64,000 nucleotides of DNA, from positions 1,187,595 to 1,251,594 of the forward strand of contig CALSPH010000001.1 of the NCBI GenBank assembly GCA_943788195.1. Direction: 5' to 3'. This stretch comes from an uncultured Bacteroidia bacterium. Lineage in GTDB: Bacteria > Bacteroidota > Bacteroidia > NS11-12g > UBA955. How positions within the stretch are numbered: position 1 is the first letter of the stretch; each line of letters begins with the position of its first letter. The notes under the pieces were generated by a model that was given only the letters and a program-made list of their open reading frames with translations, ran no database searches and was not told the origin of the DNA. Positions 38,401-47,366 of the stretch are shown here, piece after piece. Both the position numbers and the translations under genes were made by a program.

Positions 38401-38482
38401 TTGGCTGATAACTTTGGGTTTTCTGCGCTTGAATTTGCGCGCAAAAAAACAAGGTTAATAGAAAGAGACCAATTTTATGCAT
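35435..38482 (-). CDS. Large secreted tetratricopeptide-repeat protein
   Basis: 1015 aa, signal peptide MHKIGLFLLTLFFCAQIQA. Repeated TPR-like Y/A/L periodicity throughout. Its stop overlaps the start of the CrtI-like gene. Confidence 0.7.
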   Translation of the reverse strand: MHKIGLFLLTLFFCAQIQAQKTQSYQPKSKLYSRALELFDKEKYNASIEVFKDFIKVSKDKMMQSDANFYIAASKLKLSHSNAERQMLDFIEDYPYSSKLNLAYLLMGNYYFDKKKYRRSIRYFKEVELNGITKEEEHKLRFEYGYALFQSKKYVSAKKQLYPLTVKDDNAYYVLANYYYGYVSYMNEDYDEALKTFKKIETKSGIPNTMMLYIAQIYYIKGEHDKSLAYCEKVKAQSVVRERDFLKGKNYYRKNNYKQAAIHFQSSNFSIDSLQSEEIYEIGNTYYQTGNCSKAIPLFKEISNEGNDVAQAASFSLGDCFVQLNQKDKAESAFFEAQRTDYDKKIKEMAMFNYAKLTCENGKTSTALTYFKKYNELYPEGENAEEVKGHLADIFLQTKDYKTAISTLESIKNKNNKLQETYQKLCMLEGKQQFTDKKYKSSELYFTKSLTYKIDQKLVSEAYYWLGESNFQNNDYNSAISYYNKTISSKPSGKTSALAHYGLGYAYFMKKNYSLAIQNFTKYKSLSASFSPDPSIFNDAVLRIGDSYLVMGAKEKNKTYYQAASNNYAYISSRNVKGADYALFQRGLIFGLLGQPKQKIATLKRIPTEFPKSYYIPDALYETGSEQLNLGIYGEAERNFQYIIQDYKGSIYARKSHYSLGIIYYNQNKDNQALLKFKYVVKNYPNTLEARTSLERIESIYTNQGKTDEYEVYVKSVPNYSKGQYYFDSLAYRAALNKYQSSNYASAVTEFSKYLNKYKNGIFQIESHYYRATSYEAINKISEAILDYKFVADARINDFAERSIYKTAKLSKEKLDDNTAFIYYGKWEALVKNNKDLAEAVYEQLRILHAANNISKAKPKASQLLFNVEANTYMKKEANLVLAKSYINDSLLNTAIATLKKVIDGSTTILGAEGKYLESWCYFELGELDKCKQGIIEFNKKFSGYDYWLGKSLLLLSDYYVAKDDAFSAKSTLNSILANFDDERILSKAREKLAAIEKGNARLNNINNLAPGKGE

Positions 38483-38638
38483 ACGTACAAAGTTAAAACT
38501 AGTTTAGGGTTGCAATTATTGTTTTTTTAACAAGAAATAAGCAGTGTATAGTTTTGAGAGCCAAAGTCTTTTATTCGAGAATCGTGGTTGACAATCACTA
38601 AAAAGAAAACGGTTTAATTCAATAAGAGAGGCAAGGAT

Positions 38639-40384
38639 TTACTTCTCTATCTTCCGTGTATATACTGTGCCATTTGCAGTGGTTAGTGTAAAGACATATT
38701 CACCTTTTTTGTATTTTTTCACTTTAGGTACTTCTCCTTGCAAGAACCCTTCAGCACTCACTTGTTTTTGCACATTATAAACTTCCTTGTCTTTCTTCTT
38801 ACCCTTTTTGACCACTGTAATTGTAACGGTCTGGGCTGCGGGTGAGTAAAAACGGTAGAAAATGCGATTTTCAAAAGTATTTAAACCCGGATTAAAGAGT
38901 TTCTCTGAAGTGTAATCAAAATAAGGATTGCGATTTAACGTGCTATGTGCAATAAAAATATCTGGAATGCCGTACCCATAGGTATTATTTGGGTCGTGAC
39001 TATGATCTCCACTTTTATGCAGCGCTGCAATTATTTCTTCTATGGATTTAGTTGGATTTGCCTGCATCAAACAAGCTACCGCTCCAGCCATAATTGGAGT
39101 TGCAAAGGAGGTTCCGTTGCTTCTCGTAAAATCATTGTCATCATCCGCTACATAGACATAAGTTGCTCTTGCGCAAAGGTCAGGTTTCGTTCTTTTATCA
39201 TAACTGGGCCCATAGCTGCTAAAACTAGAATGCTCACGTGAGTAGTTTACACCCCCTATAGTCAAAACTTTTTCCGCATCCCCTGGCGATGCGATGTATT
39301 TCCAGGCTTTGGAGCCCTCATTGCCCGCGGCAACCAGTACCATTATTCCTTTTTCGACCGCCTTGGTGGCAGCTAAACTAGAAATAGCAGTTTTACCATT
39401 CATGTCTTTATACTTATGGCTTAATTCCTCTTCATCAAAATCGGTATAACCCAATGACGATGTAATAATATCCGTGCCAACACTATCGGCAAATTCTGCT
39501 GCTCTAACCCAATTGGCTTCTTCAATGGGGTATTCTGACGATTCATCCTCTGAACTAATTAGCCAGAAGTTTGCCTTTGGCGCAGTGCCCACCATTTTGT
39601 CTGGGATATTAGACCCAATACAAGAAAGCACTTGAAGACCGTGTTCACCATTATTGTTATCCAAAGAATCGTTATTGATGATGTTATAGTACCCCAAGAT
39701 TTGGTTGTTCGCACGCAGACTATCCAGCGCACGATGTCGGTAATAATTTTTGAATCCAGCATCGATTACAGAAATGGTCATCTTATTTCCACGATAACCC
39801 AAATCATGCATCTTAATTAAATTGAGCATTCTCGCTTGATAATATCCGTTTCCATATCCTCGCTCCATCACATCATTCAAATTTATTTTTACACTTTCAT
39901 TTTCGGCTTCTTCTTTACCGGCATAAGATTTGAAATTGTCCTTTTTCTCCTTTTTACCTTCTTGTTTCTTTTCTTTGATGGTCCATTTACCTAAAAATCG
40001 AACTTTTTTGACAAAGTCGAGATCTTCAACCATATCCACATCATACTCATTTTCAGTTTTAATAACCACTGCGTTGAACCATTTTGATGAGTACATAACG
40101 GTTATGTTTTTTTGTTCATCAATTTTCTGGATATAACTTGGGTTAACCGGTAAGTCAGAGGCATCTATTTTTATGCCCATTTTTTTTCTTCTCTCCAACG
40201 CCTTTGGACTTAAAAACGCCTCTGGTTTGTCAATAGAAAAAGGCGTCCCATCTTTATCTTCAAGTTCAACCCAGTACTTATAATAAGTTTGATCTGCCTT
40301 AACGTCTGCATTTACTTCAAGCCCAGTTAGAACAAATAAAAAGGCAATAATAAAGGTTAATGTGTTTTTATAAATTGTATGCAT
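38639..40384 (-). CDS. Secreted S8 subtilisin-family serine peptidase with a C-terminal T9SS sorting domain
   Basis: 581 aa, signal peptide. Catalytic triad context ISVIDAGF (Asp), GEHGLQVLSCIG (His), NGTSFATPIMAGAVA (Ser). The C-terminal ~80-aa beta-sandwich region (TVTITVVKKG...YVFTLTTANGTVYTRKIEK) looks like a T9SS type-A CTD. Confidence 0.8.
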   Translation of the reverse strand: MHTIYKNTLTFIIAFLFVLTGLEVNADVKADQTYYKYWVELEDKDGTPFSIDKPEAFLSPKALERRKKMGIKIDASDLPVNPSYIQKIDEQKNITVMYSSKWFNAVVIKTENEYDVDMVEDLDFVKKVRFLGKWTIKEKKQEGKKEKKDNFKSYAGKEEAENESVKINLNDVMERGYGNGYYQARMLNLIKMHDLGYRGNKMTISVIDAGFKNYYRHRALDSLRANNQILGYYNIINNDSLDNNNGEHGLQVLSCIGSNIPDKMVGTAPKANFWLISSEDESSEYPIEEANWVRAAEFADSVGTDIITSSLGYTDFDEEELSHKYKDMNGKTAISSLAATKAVEKGIMVLVAAGNEGSKAWKYIASPGDAEKVLTIGGVNYSREHSSFSSYGPSYDKRTKPDLCARATYVYVADDDNDFTRSNGTSFATPIMAGAVACLMQANPTKSIEEIIAALHKSGDHSHDPNNTYGYGIPDIFIAHSTLNRNPYFDYTSEKLFNPGLNTFENRIFYRFYSPAAQTVTITVVKKGKKKDKEVYNVQKQVSAEGFLQGEVPKVKKYKKGEYVFTLTTANGTVYTRKIEK

Positions 40385-41036
40385 ATAGTTTGTTAATTAC
40401 AGCGTAACCCTTGGGTTTGCCAAACTGTGTATCAATATTAGTTATTTTTTTATAAACACAACCAATGTTTTCGGCAAAAACTTCTTGATGCTGGATGTCT
40501 ATCACCGAATTGTTTTTCGGCTCACTTTCAACTTGTATCGTTTTAGTAAAATTTAGATTCCCAATAATGAAGTTGCTATTGATTTCTGTATAGTATCGCA
40601 CCTCTTCCTTGCGCGTACTGTATTGATTCGTATTCCAAGTACTTTCAAAGTTGACTGGAAAAATGAGGTGCGTAAATCGAATATTCTCTATTTGGGTTTC
40701 AAAATATTGTTGAGTAATGGCCCATTGGTCCACGCGTATATGAATCCAAGGCTGAGTGGTATCTGAAGTTTCACTCACTACAACTCGAAAGAGTATCCTA
40801 TCCTCAATGGAATTGTCCAATGAATCAATCACATATCTTCTATAAATAATTTTATTTATTACTGTGTCCTTGAAATCGTCATATATGGTGCTATCAACAA
40901 TATAGTATAACTCTGACCCGGTTTTAAAAGGCGCATATCTCTTTACTGCATCTAGGTAATTGGTATCATCAATATTGTCTTTTTTGCAACTTATTATAAG
41001 AAACCCAAAAATCCATATGGCCATGAACCTCATCAT
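40368..41036 (-). CDS. Hypothetical lipoprotein, paralog of the upstream gene
   Basis: 222 aa, lipobox LIISC. Shares blocks with 41040-41723: LYYIVDSTIY/LLYRVDSQIF, FESTWNTNQ/FKTWDGNIF, NIGCVYKK/KIGLVYKYK. Overlaps the subtilisin start by 17 bp. Confidence 0.6.
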   Translation of the reverse strand: MMRFMAIWIFGFLIISCKKDNIDDTNYLDAVKRYAPFKTGSELYYIVDSTIYDDFKDTVINKIIYRRYVIDSLDNSIEDRILFRVVVSETSDTTQPWIHIRVDQWAITQQYFETQIENIRFTHLIFPVNFESTWNTNQYSTRKEEVRYYTEINSNFIIGNLNFTKTIQVESEPKNNSVIDIQHQEVFAENIGCVYKKITNIDTQFGKPKGYAVINKLYAYNL

Positions 41037-41039
41037 AAC

Positions 41040-41723
41040 TTAGTTATGACCTATTAGATTATAATGTAAATGATGACCAGATTGGGATATGATGTTATTG
41101 CTCCCGATTTGGATATCATTGAAGTATTTATATTTATAAACTAAACCAATTTTTGGGGCATATGATTCAAAATATGCATAGGACTCTGTGAGTGGCAGTA
41201 ACTCTTTTTTAAGTCGCACCGTGATTTGATCCTTGAATATGGAATCCGGCTGCATGAGGTTGTCATTTTCAATATATCTGAACTGCTGGCCCCCTTTTTC
41301 ATCATTAAATATATTGCCATCCCAGGTTTTAAATGTGTTAATAGGTAGAGAAAGATGAATTACCTTTTTGTTGTCTACGACTTTGGTGTAATTGGTACTA
41401 TCGATATATGTTTTGTATGCATAGGAGGGAATCCAATCAATTCGGTCTGCAGACTTGTGAACTTGATGGTAAAAATAAGGTTTTCCCGTAGAGTCGATTT
41501 GAATTTCTTTGGTCACATGCCGTTCAAAAAAAGTAATCGTATAATTGCTGTCGAAAGCTGTGTTTAAATTAAAAATTTGACTATCGACCCGATATAATAA
41601 TACTTTACCTGTTCTTTCTGCCGCATACTCTTGTCCAGATAATTCAAAAGACTCTGTTTCTTTTTTACAAGAATGGAATACAACCAGTCCAAGAATAAGG
41701 GCAATAAAAAGGGCTTTTTTCAT
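41040..41723 (-). CDS. Hypothetical lipoprotein, first gene of the lipoprotein-lipoprotein-subtilisin operon
   Basis: 227 aa, lipobox VFHSC. Paralogous to 40368-41036, 3-bp gap, same strand. Confidence 0.6.
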   Translation of the reverse strand: MKKALFIALILGLVVFHSCKKETESFELSGQEYAAERTGKVLLYRVDSQIFNLNTAFDSNYTITFFERHVTKEIQIDSTGKPYFYHQVHKSADRIDWIPSYAYKTYIDSTNYTKVVDNKKVIHLSLPINTFKTWDGNIFNDEKGGQQFRYIENDNLMQPDSIFKDQITVRLKKELLPLTESYAYFESYAPKIGLVYKYKYFNDIQIGSNNIISQSGHHLHYNLIGHN

Positions 41724-41881
41724 GCTATTTTACAAATTTACATCTATTCAACCCAATCAACGCAAAATGTGCTTAAAAATTACATCATTCAGAGAAAACC
41801 ATCATTATTTGTATAAACGGAATAAACACTTTATGAATGCTGTGAAAAAGCTAATTATTTGTTTAGTTTTGACGTCAAATT

Positions 41882-42766
41882 ATGACAACTATACTGGATG
41901 GTAAGGTAGCATCAGCTGCATACAAACAAGTAATAACTGAAGAAGTATCACAACTGGTTGCTAAAGGAAAGCGACCTCCACATTTGGCAGCTATTTTGGT
42001 CGGTAATGATGGTGCAAGTGAAACCTATGTTGCATCAAAAGAAAAGAATTGCGCGCAAGTGGGCTTTAATTCTACCTTGCTAAGGTTTGATGAATCAATT
42101 AGTGAAACCCAATTGTTGGAAGAAATTGATAAAATCAATAAAAACGATGATATCGATGGACTGATTGTTCAATTGCCGTTGCCAAAACATATTAATCCAG
42201 ATAAAATGACGGATGCCATATTGCCTTCGAAGGATGTGGATGGTTTCCATACCTTTAATGCAGGGCAGCTGAGCAAGAATATGGATACATTTATTCCAGC
42301 TACCCCTTATGGTATTGTTAAATTATTGATGCATTACGGGATCAGTACTAAAGGCAAACATGCCGTTGTTGTAGGCAGGAGTATGATAGTGGGAAGGCCA
42401 ATGAGTATTTTACTCAGTTCGAGCAATTCAGATTATGGAAATGCAACGGTGACATTGGCGCATCGTTATACGGATAACCTTGCCGATATTACCAAACAAG
42501 CTGATATCATCGTAGTTGCTGTGGGGATTCCATTATTTCTTAAAGCTGATATGATAAAGGAAGGGGCAGTGGTTATTGATGTTGGAATTACTCGTGTACC
42601 TGATGAAACTAAAAAGCGCGGCTTTAGATTAGATGGAGACGCAGATTATGACAAAATGTTTGATAAATGTGAAGCAATTACACCTGTTCCTGGAGGCGTT
42701 GGACTGATGACAATACTCGGTTTATTGGATAACACGCTAAAAGCATACAAAGCAAAACATGAATAG
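41882..42766 (+). CDS. folD: Bifunctional methylenetetrahydrofolate dehydrogenase/methenyltetrahydrofolate cyclohydrolase
   Basis: 294 aa. ...ILVGNDGASETYV..K...GF....L and VVVGRSMIVGRPM motifs, with a C-terminal PVPGGVG. Confidence 0.9.
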   Translation: MTTILDGKVASAAYKQVITEEVSQLVAKGKRPPHLAAILVGNDGASETYVASKEKNCAQVGFNSTLLRFDESISETQLLEEIDKINKNDDIDGLIVQLPLPKHINPDKMTDAILPSKDVDGFHTFNAGQLSKNMDTFIPATPYGIVKLLMHYGISTKGKHAVVVGRSMIVGRPMSILLSSSNSDYGNATVTLAHRYTDNLADITKQADIIVVAVGIPLFLKADMIKEGAVVIDVGITRVPDETKKRGFRLDGDADYDKMFDKCEAITPVPGGVGLMTILGLLDNTLKAYKAKHE

Positions 42767-43358
42767 ACTTCCAGTAATGGAACATTTTTACACCTTGCAA
42801 GGTGAAGGCAAGTTTGCGGGACAAGCAGCTTACTTCATTCGCGTGGGTGGTTGTGATGTAGGTTGTGTCTGGTGCGATGTTAAAGAAAGTTGGAATGCCA
42901 ATGCGCATCCTCAGTTAAGTATAGAAGAGCTTATTGAAGAAATCCAGAAAACAAGCGCTAAAATGGTGGTTGTCACTGGCGGAGAACCAGCCATGTATGA
43001 TTTAACAGAATGGACCAAAGCACTAAAAGATGCCGGTTTTCTCACACATATTGAGACCAGTGGAGCATATCCGATTACTGGGAGTTGGGATTGGGTAACC
43101 TTTTCACCAAAAAAATTCAAAACGCCCTTGGAGGAAGAATGCCGCAAAGCAGATGAATTGAAAGTCATCGTTTTTAATGCAAGCGACTTTAAATGGGCCG
43201 AGATTTATGAAAAACAGGTAAACGAGGATTGTCAGCTATATTTACAACCCGAATGGGATAAGGAAAAGGAAATGAGTCCCTTGATAATTGGTTATATCAA
43301 ACAAAACCCACAATGGAGAATTTCAATTCAAACCCATAAGTATCTAAATATTCCGTAG
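42759..43358 (+). CDS. queE: 7-carboxy-7-deazaguanine synthase (radical SAM, short form)
   Basis: 199 aa. TLQGEG...RVGGCDVGCVWCDVKES cluster motif and VVTGGEP. Confidence 0.8.
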   Translation: MNRLPVMEHFYTLQGEGKFAGQAAYFIRVGGCDVGCVWCDVKESWNANAHPQLSIEELIEEIQKTSAKMVVVTGGEPAMYDLTEWTKALKDAGFLTHIETSGAYPITGSWDWVTFSPKKFKTPLEEECRKADELKVIVFNASDFKWAEIYEKQVNEDCQLYLQPEWDKEKEMSPLIIGYIKQNPQWRISIQTHKYLNIP

Positions 43359-43360
43359 CC

Positions 43361-44011
43361 ATGAATAGAGATTACACGTTAGATCAGTTAAGAGAAAGTT
43401 ACAAATTGCACGCCTTAATCGAATCGGAGGTAAGTGATCATCCGATGGATCAATTTAAGGTTTGGTTTGATGAAGCCATTGCCTCAAAGTTGCTAGAACC
43501 CAATGCCATGTGTTTGAGTACCTGCGGTTTAGATATGCAGCCAGAAAGCAGAATTGTATTGCTCAAAGGGATTGAAGAGGGTTTTGTTTTTTATACCAAC
43601 TATGAATCAGACAAAGGCAAAGCTTTATCGGAGAACCCCAAAGCGGCATTAAATTTTTTATGGCTGGGTTTGGAAAGACAAGTAAGGATACAAGGAGAAG
43701 TGCATAAGATAAGCGCGGATAAGTCCGCTGCGTATTTCAAAACGCGTCCTTTAGACAGTCAACTGGGGGCATTGGCTTCAGAGCAAAGTGCTGTTATCCC
43801 AAATCGAGATGTCCTGGAAGAAAAATTAACTGAGTTAAAGCAGCAATATTCAGAAGAAAATCATCCAGAAATGCCAGCGCATTGGGGCGGTTACGTACTT
43901 GTTCCAACGGTTATTGAGTTTTGGCAAGGCAGACACAGTCGGTTGCATGATCGGTTGAGGTATACCCTTAATGAAGATGGCAAATGGACTATGGAGCGTT
44001 TAAGTCCTTAA
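43361..44011 (+). CDS. pdxH: Pyridoxamine 5'-phosphate oxidase
   Basis: 216 aa. Split-barrel FMN-binding fold and the C-terminal EFWQGRHSRLHDRLRY signature. Confidence 0.85.
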   Translation: MNRDYTLDQLRESYKLHALIESEVSDHPMDQFKVWFDEAIASKLLEPNAMCLSTCGLDMQPESRIVLLKGIEEGFVFYTNYESDKGKALSENPKAALNFLWLGLERQVRIQGEVHKISADKSAAYFKTRPLDSQLGALASEQSAVIPNRDVLEEKLTELKQQYSEENHPEMPAHWGGYVLVPTVIEFWQGRHSRLHDRLRYTLNEDGKWTMERLSP

Positions 44012-44419
44012 TTAGTGTTTCCCAAACACGCTGACCGTTGCACGCTGACGAGCTCGGTTCTTGGTGTCATACCACATGGTGATTTTTTGAATGATTCGTT
44101 TGTTTCCTGCCAAGTCAATCGTTCGACTCTTTGAGTTTCTAGAAAACGTAAATTTCATGGGTAAAACTTGATTGGTCCCATTGGCGTAATGCACCGTTAC
44201 TTTACGCATATTGACTGGGGCACCGGTAACCACGAATTTCAATTTCGTAAATTTACCATCTTGCCTACCAACTGCAATCACATCTTTATCTAAACCAAAG
44301 CTAACTTTCTTGCTTCCCAAACGTGTCCAATTATGCTCAGAAACGATTGTGAAGCTAAATAATACGGTCAATAAAAATAGTCCTCCGATTTTTGCTATTG
44401 TTTTCATAAAAAGATTCAT
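44012..44419 (-). CDS. Small secreted hypothetical protein
   Basis: 135 aa with a signal peptide and a basic C-terminus. No recognisable catalytic motif. Confidence 0.5.
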   Translation of the reverse strand: MNLFMKTIAKIGGLFLLTVLFSFTIVSEHNWTRLGSKKVSFGLDKDVIAVGRQDGKFTKLKFVVTGAPVNMRKVTVHYANGTNQVLPMKFTFSRNSKSRTIDLAGNKRIIQKITMWYDTKNRARQRATVSVFGKH

Positions 44420-44558
44420 TTAAGTTCAATAATTTGACCATTTAGCATAATAAAAGGTTGCACTGCATTAATGATAATTATTATTGAAAAAGAGTTCATG
44501 CGTCAATGGTATAAGAGTAAATGCGTGTTAGATTTGCGGCTTGTATCATTCAATCTGT

Positions 44559-45683
44559 ATGAAGAAGTCCCTTCTTTTCTTTTATTTTACATTCTTTGCT
44601 CTTCAATTCCAGGTATTTGCAAAAGTAAAAAATGCTGTAGTGTTTGGAGAACATAGTAAAATAGTGCAGACCATGGAAAATGGGACACTCCGGATTTTTA
44701 TGGATATGAATGGTGATTTTTACCCTGAAAACGTAATCTCTAACAATGAATTAGAAACCACTGGGAATGCACAACTCGCCATTTGGGCGAAGAAGTATCC
44801 AGCTCAATTTCAGAAAATTGCTCAATCGTATCGATTAGAAATTACCACCTATTCTAAGTTCAATTATATAGTACTTCAGGACTCCATTCGCCAAAACTTA
44901 TTACGTACCATAAACAAGCAAGGTAGAATTATACAAACTTGGGTCATCCATGGCTATCGAAAAAAAATAACGAATGAAAATGCAGATAATTTAACTTCCA
45001 CCTATGAAAATAGTTTATGTAGAAAGCGAATCAAACCTTATGTTGTAAACGACAGTGGCCACTTATTTGTAGAAGTATACTGGGACGGAAAGTATTTGTT
45101 AACTGGTGGTGTGAAACGGGTTATTCAATTGGGAAGGTTGTTTAAGAAAAAAGCCATACCGAATGCACAACAATGTGGTTATGGTTTGCGGAGATTATTT
45201 TCAGGTATACAATGCCAAAGGATAAATATCATAACACACAGTGCCGGTGTACATGTGGTGAGTAGCTTACTCTATAATAAGATGCGAGGTTTTTCACTGC
45301 CTACTCCTAGCCAAAAGGATATTCGAATTGCGATTACTGCAGCTGCCTCTTCTGGCAAAAAACATTTTAAGCGCTATTATAAACGCAATACAAACCTAGA
45401 CTATGCTGCAAGCGATAACTACACCTTGTTCAATTTGATAAATGAAAACGATTTTGTGCTGTTAAAGCGGATAGGACGATTGCATTTCACGAAAGTATTG
45501 GGCAATACTACTTTGGGTTGTAATCGCAAAAGTGAATCACAAAAGCTAAAAAGTTATTTTGAGAAAAAGTACAATAATTCGATTTTTTTAGAAGGGTATG
45601 TTACGCAATCGAGGAATCATCTATTCAAAGCTTATATTGCTTCTGCAGGGTTTAATGGGGTGCTCAAGTTCCTATACAATTAA
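44559..45683 (+). CDS. Secreted hypothetical protein with a lipase-like nucleophile elbow (putative alpha/beta hydrolase, DUF900-like)
   Basis: Start chosen at the signal peptide MKKSLLFFYFTFFALQFQVFA. Motif IITHSAGVHV (G-x-S-x-G variant HSxG) at aa ~240. Fold unverified. Confidence 0.45.
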   Translation: MKKSLLFFYFTFFALQFQVFAKVKNAVVFGEHSKIVQTMENGTLRIFMDMNGDFYPENVISNNELETTGNAQLAIWAKKYPAQFQKIAQSYRLEITTYSKFNYIVLQDSIRQNLLRTINKQGRIIQTWVIHGYRKKITNENADNLTSTYENSLCRKRIKPYVVNDSGHLFVEVYWDGKYLLTGGVKRVIQLGRLFKKKAIPNAQQCGYGLRRLFSGIQCQRINIITHSAGVHVVSSLLYNKMRGFSLPTPSQKDIRIAITAAASSGKKHFKRYYKRNTNLDYAASDNYTLFNLINENDFVLLKRIGRLHFTKVLGNTTLGCNRKSESQKLKSYFEKKYNNSIFLEGYVTQSRNHLFKAYIASAGFNGVLKFLYN

Positions 45684-45687
45684 AGGA

Positions 45688-45993
45688 CTACACTTCCTCC
45701 ATTACGCTTCGGAAAGCAAGTACTTGCTCACCCCAACGATCTAAGGTTTTTTGTTTTAAGGATGGACCGAATTCTAGATTGTATTGATCCAAATGCGACA
45801 TGGTATTAAGTTTATATTGTATGGTAAAGTTCAGTCCTTCATTATCTGCAGCTTCAGTTAACAATTGGCAAAAAGTATGGGAAATAAACATCCCTGTAGC
45901 CATCACTTCAGGCAAATGCTCTTCTTTCATCCATATAATCCATTCGTCTGCTATGGACCTTCCAACATTGCAGGTAACATTGTAAAAAATCAT
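45688..45993 (-). CDS. Small hypothetical protein (DUF4286-like)
   Basis: 101 aa. No signal peptide and conserved-looking Trp/His positions. Immediately downstream of the Nfu gene on the same strand. Confidence 0.45.
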   Translation of the reverse strand: MIFYNVTCNVGRSIADEWIIWMKEEHLPEVMATGMFISHTFCQLLTEAADNEGLNFTIQYKLNTMSHLDQYNLEFGPSLKQKTLDRWGEQVLAFRSVMEEV

Positions 45994-46004
45994 AAGGGGT
46001 AAGA

Positions 46005-46568
46005 TTAAACTGCTTCGGCTTCAACAGCAGTAACTTCTGGTAACATTCTTTTAAGTAAGTTCTCTATGCCTGATTTAAGCGTCATGGTGCTACTTGGGCA
46101 CCCACTGCAAGATCCTTTCATTTGCACAGTTACCACTCCTTCTTTAAAAGATTTGAAATCGATCGCACCGCCATCCATTTCTACTGCTGGTCGCACATAT
46201 TCATCAAGGAGGTTTCTAATTTTACCTTCGATACTTCCCAAATCTGCTTCAGAGACTTCCTTTTTTGGGTTCAAAATAACCTTTTCAGCATCCACCCAAT
46301 TTTTGATAAAATCTTTTAATACCGGAATGGCTTCTTGCCAATCTGTTTCAGGAACGCGTGTTATAGAAACAAAGTTATTCATGATAAATACTCCATTCAC
46401 GTAAGGCAATTCAAAAAGTGCCTCAGCAAGCGGAGAATCCCCAGCATTCTCTTTTACTCTAAAATCTGCACTGTCATTGGGCAATATCATTCTGTTTAAA
46501 ACAAACTTCATGCTCTCTGGGTTTGGAGTTGCTTCGGAGTATATGGTTAATAGATTTTCTTGAGACAT
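46005..46568 (-). CDS. NifU/Nfu-type Fe-S cluster biogenesis protein (Nfu_N plus NifU C-terminal domain)
   Basis: 187 aa. C-terminal domain with CSGCPSS (CxxC) and the downstream conserved block. Confidence 0.7.
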   Translation of the reverse strand: MSQENLLTIYSEATPNPESMKFVLNRMILPNDSADFRVKENAGDSPLAEALFELPYVNGVFIMNNFVSITRVPETDWQEAIPVLKDFIKNWVDAEKVILNPKKEVSEADLGSIEGKIRNLLDEYVRPAVEMDGGAIDFKSFKEGVVTVQMKGSCSGCPSSTMTLKSGIENLLKRMLPEVTAVEAEAV

Positions 46569-46680
46569 GTTCTTCTAATTAGTAGTGCAAAAATACGAAT
46601 ACTTTTAATTGAAACAGCTATTATTTAGGATTGTTCTAAATAGAATTCTAAAACTGTGTTTTTTTTACTATTTTTGAGGC

Positions 46681-47142
46681 ATGAGTTCCATATCCAAGAT
46701 ACTATTAGGCTTAGCCATTTTCACCATGATGTCATTTCAACAAGATCGAATGAATGACAAAGTAGTGGGAACATGGATGCCAAGTGACAAACGCAGTCAT
46801 ATAAAGATTTTTAAAGGAACCGTTGGCGCATCAAAAGGGAAGTTTTATGGTAAACTCATTTGGTTGTTAGAGCCAAACGAAAACGGGAAACCTAAATTGG
46901 ATAAAAATAATCCAGTTACCACGAAACGTAAGAACCCGCTCATTGGCCTGTTACTTTTAAAGAATTTTACTTGGGATGCGGATGATAAAGAATTTCAAGG
47001 GGGTACTATTTATGACCCAAAAAATGGTAAAACGTATAGTTGTTATATGAAATACGAAGGATTGGATAAATTGAACGTACGTGGATATGTGGGTATTTCA
47101 CTCATTGGAAGAACCGATACCTGGACCAGAGTGAATGAATAA
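46681..47142 (+). CDS. DUF2147 domain secreted protein
   Basis: 153 aa, signal peptide. GTW......I.I.K....GKL.WL / GG.IYDP..GKTYS pattern characteristic of DUF2147. Confidence 0.55.
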   Translation: MSSISKILLGLAIFTMMSFQQDRMNDKVVGTWMPSDKRSHIKIFKGTVGASKGKFYGKLIWLLEPNENGKPKLDKNNPVTTKRKNPLIGLLLLKNFTWDADDKEFQGGTIYDPKNGKTYSCYMKYEGLDKLNVRGYVGISLIGRTDTWTRVNE

Positions 47143-47366
47143 TTAATAATGAATTAGCACCTTAGTCATTCTGAATTGATTTCAGAATCTCAAGGCACCT
47201 ATGTTCTTACTGAATTAGTAATTGAAACTGCAATTCCATACGAAAATAATCCTTGTATTGCCGGCTCACAGGCAGATGCTAAAAGGGCTTCAGCATGACC
47301 ACGGTAAACATTTTGCATTTTCAAACTTGTCTTCGACTCCGCTCAGACTGACGTAAATTTGAAACT

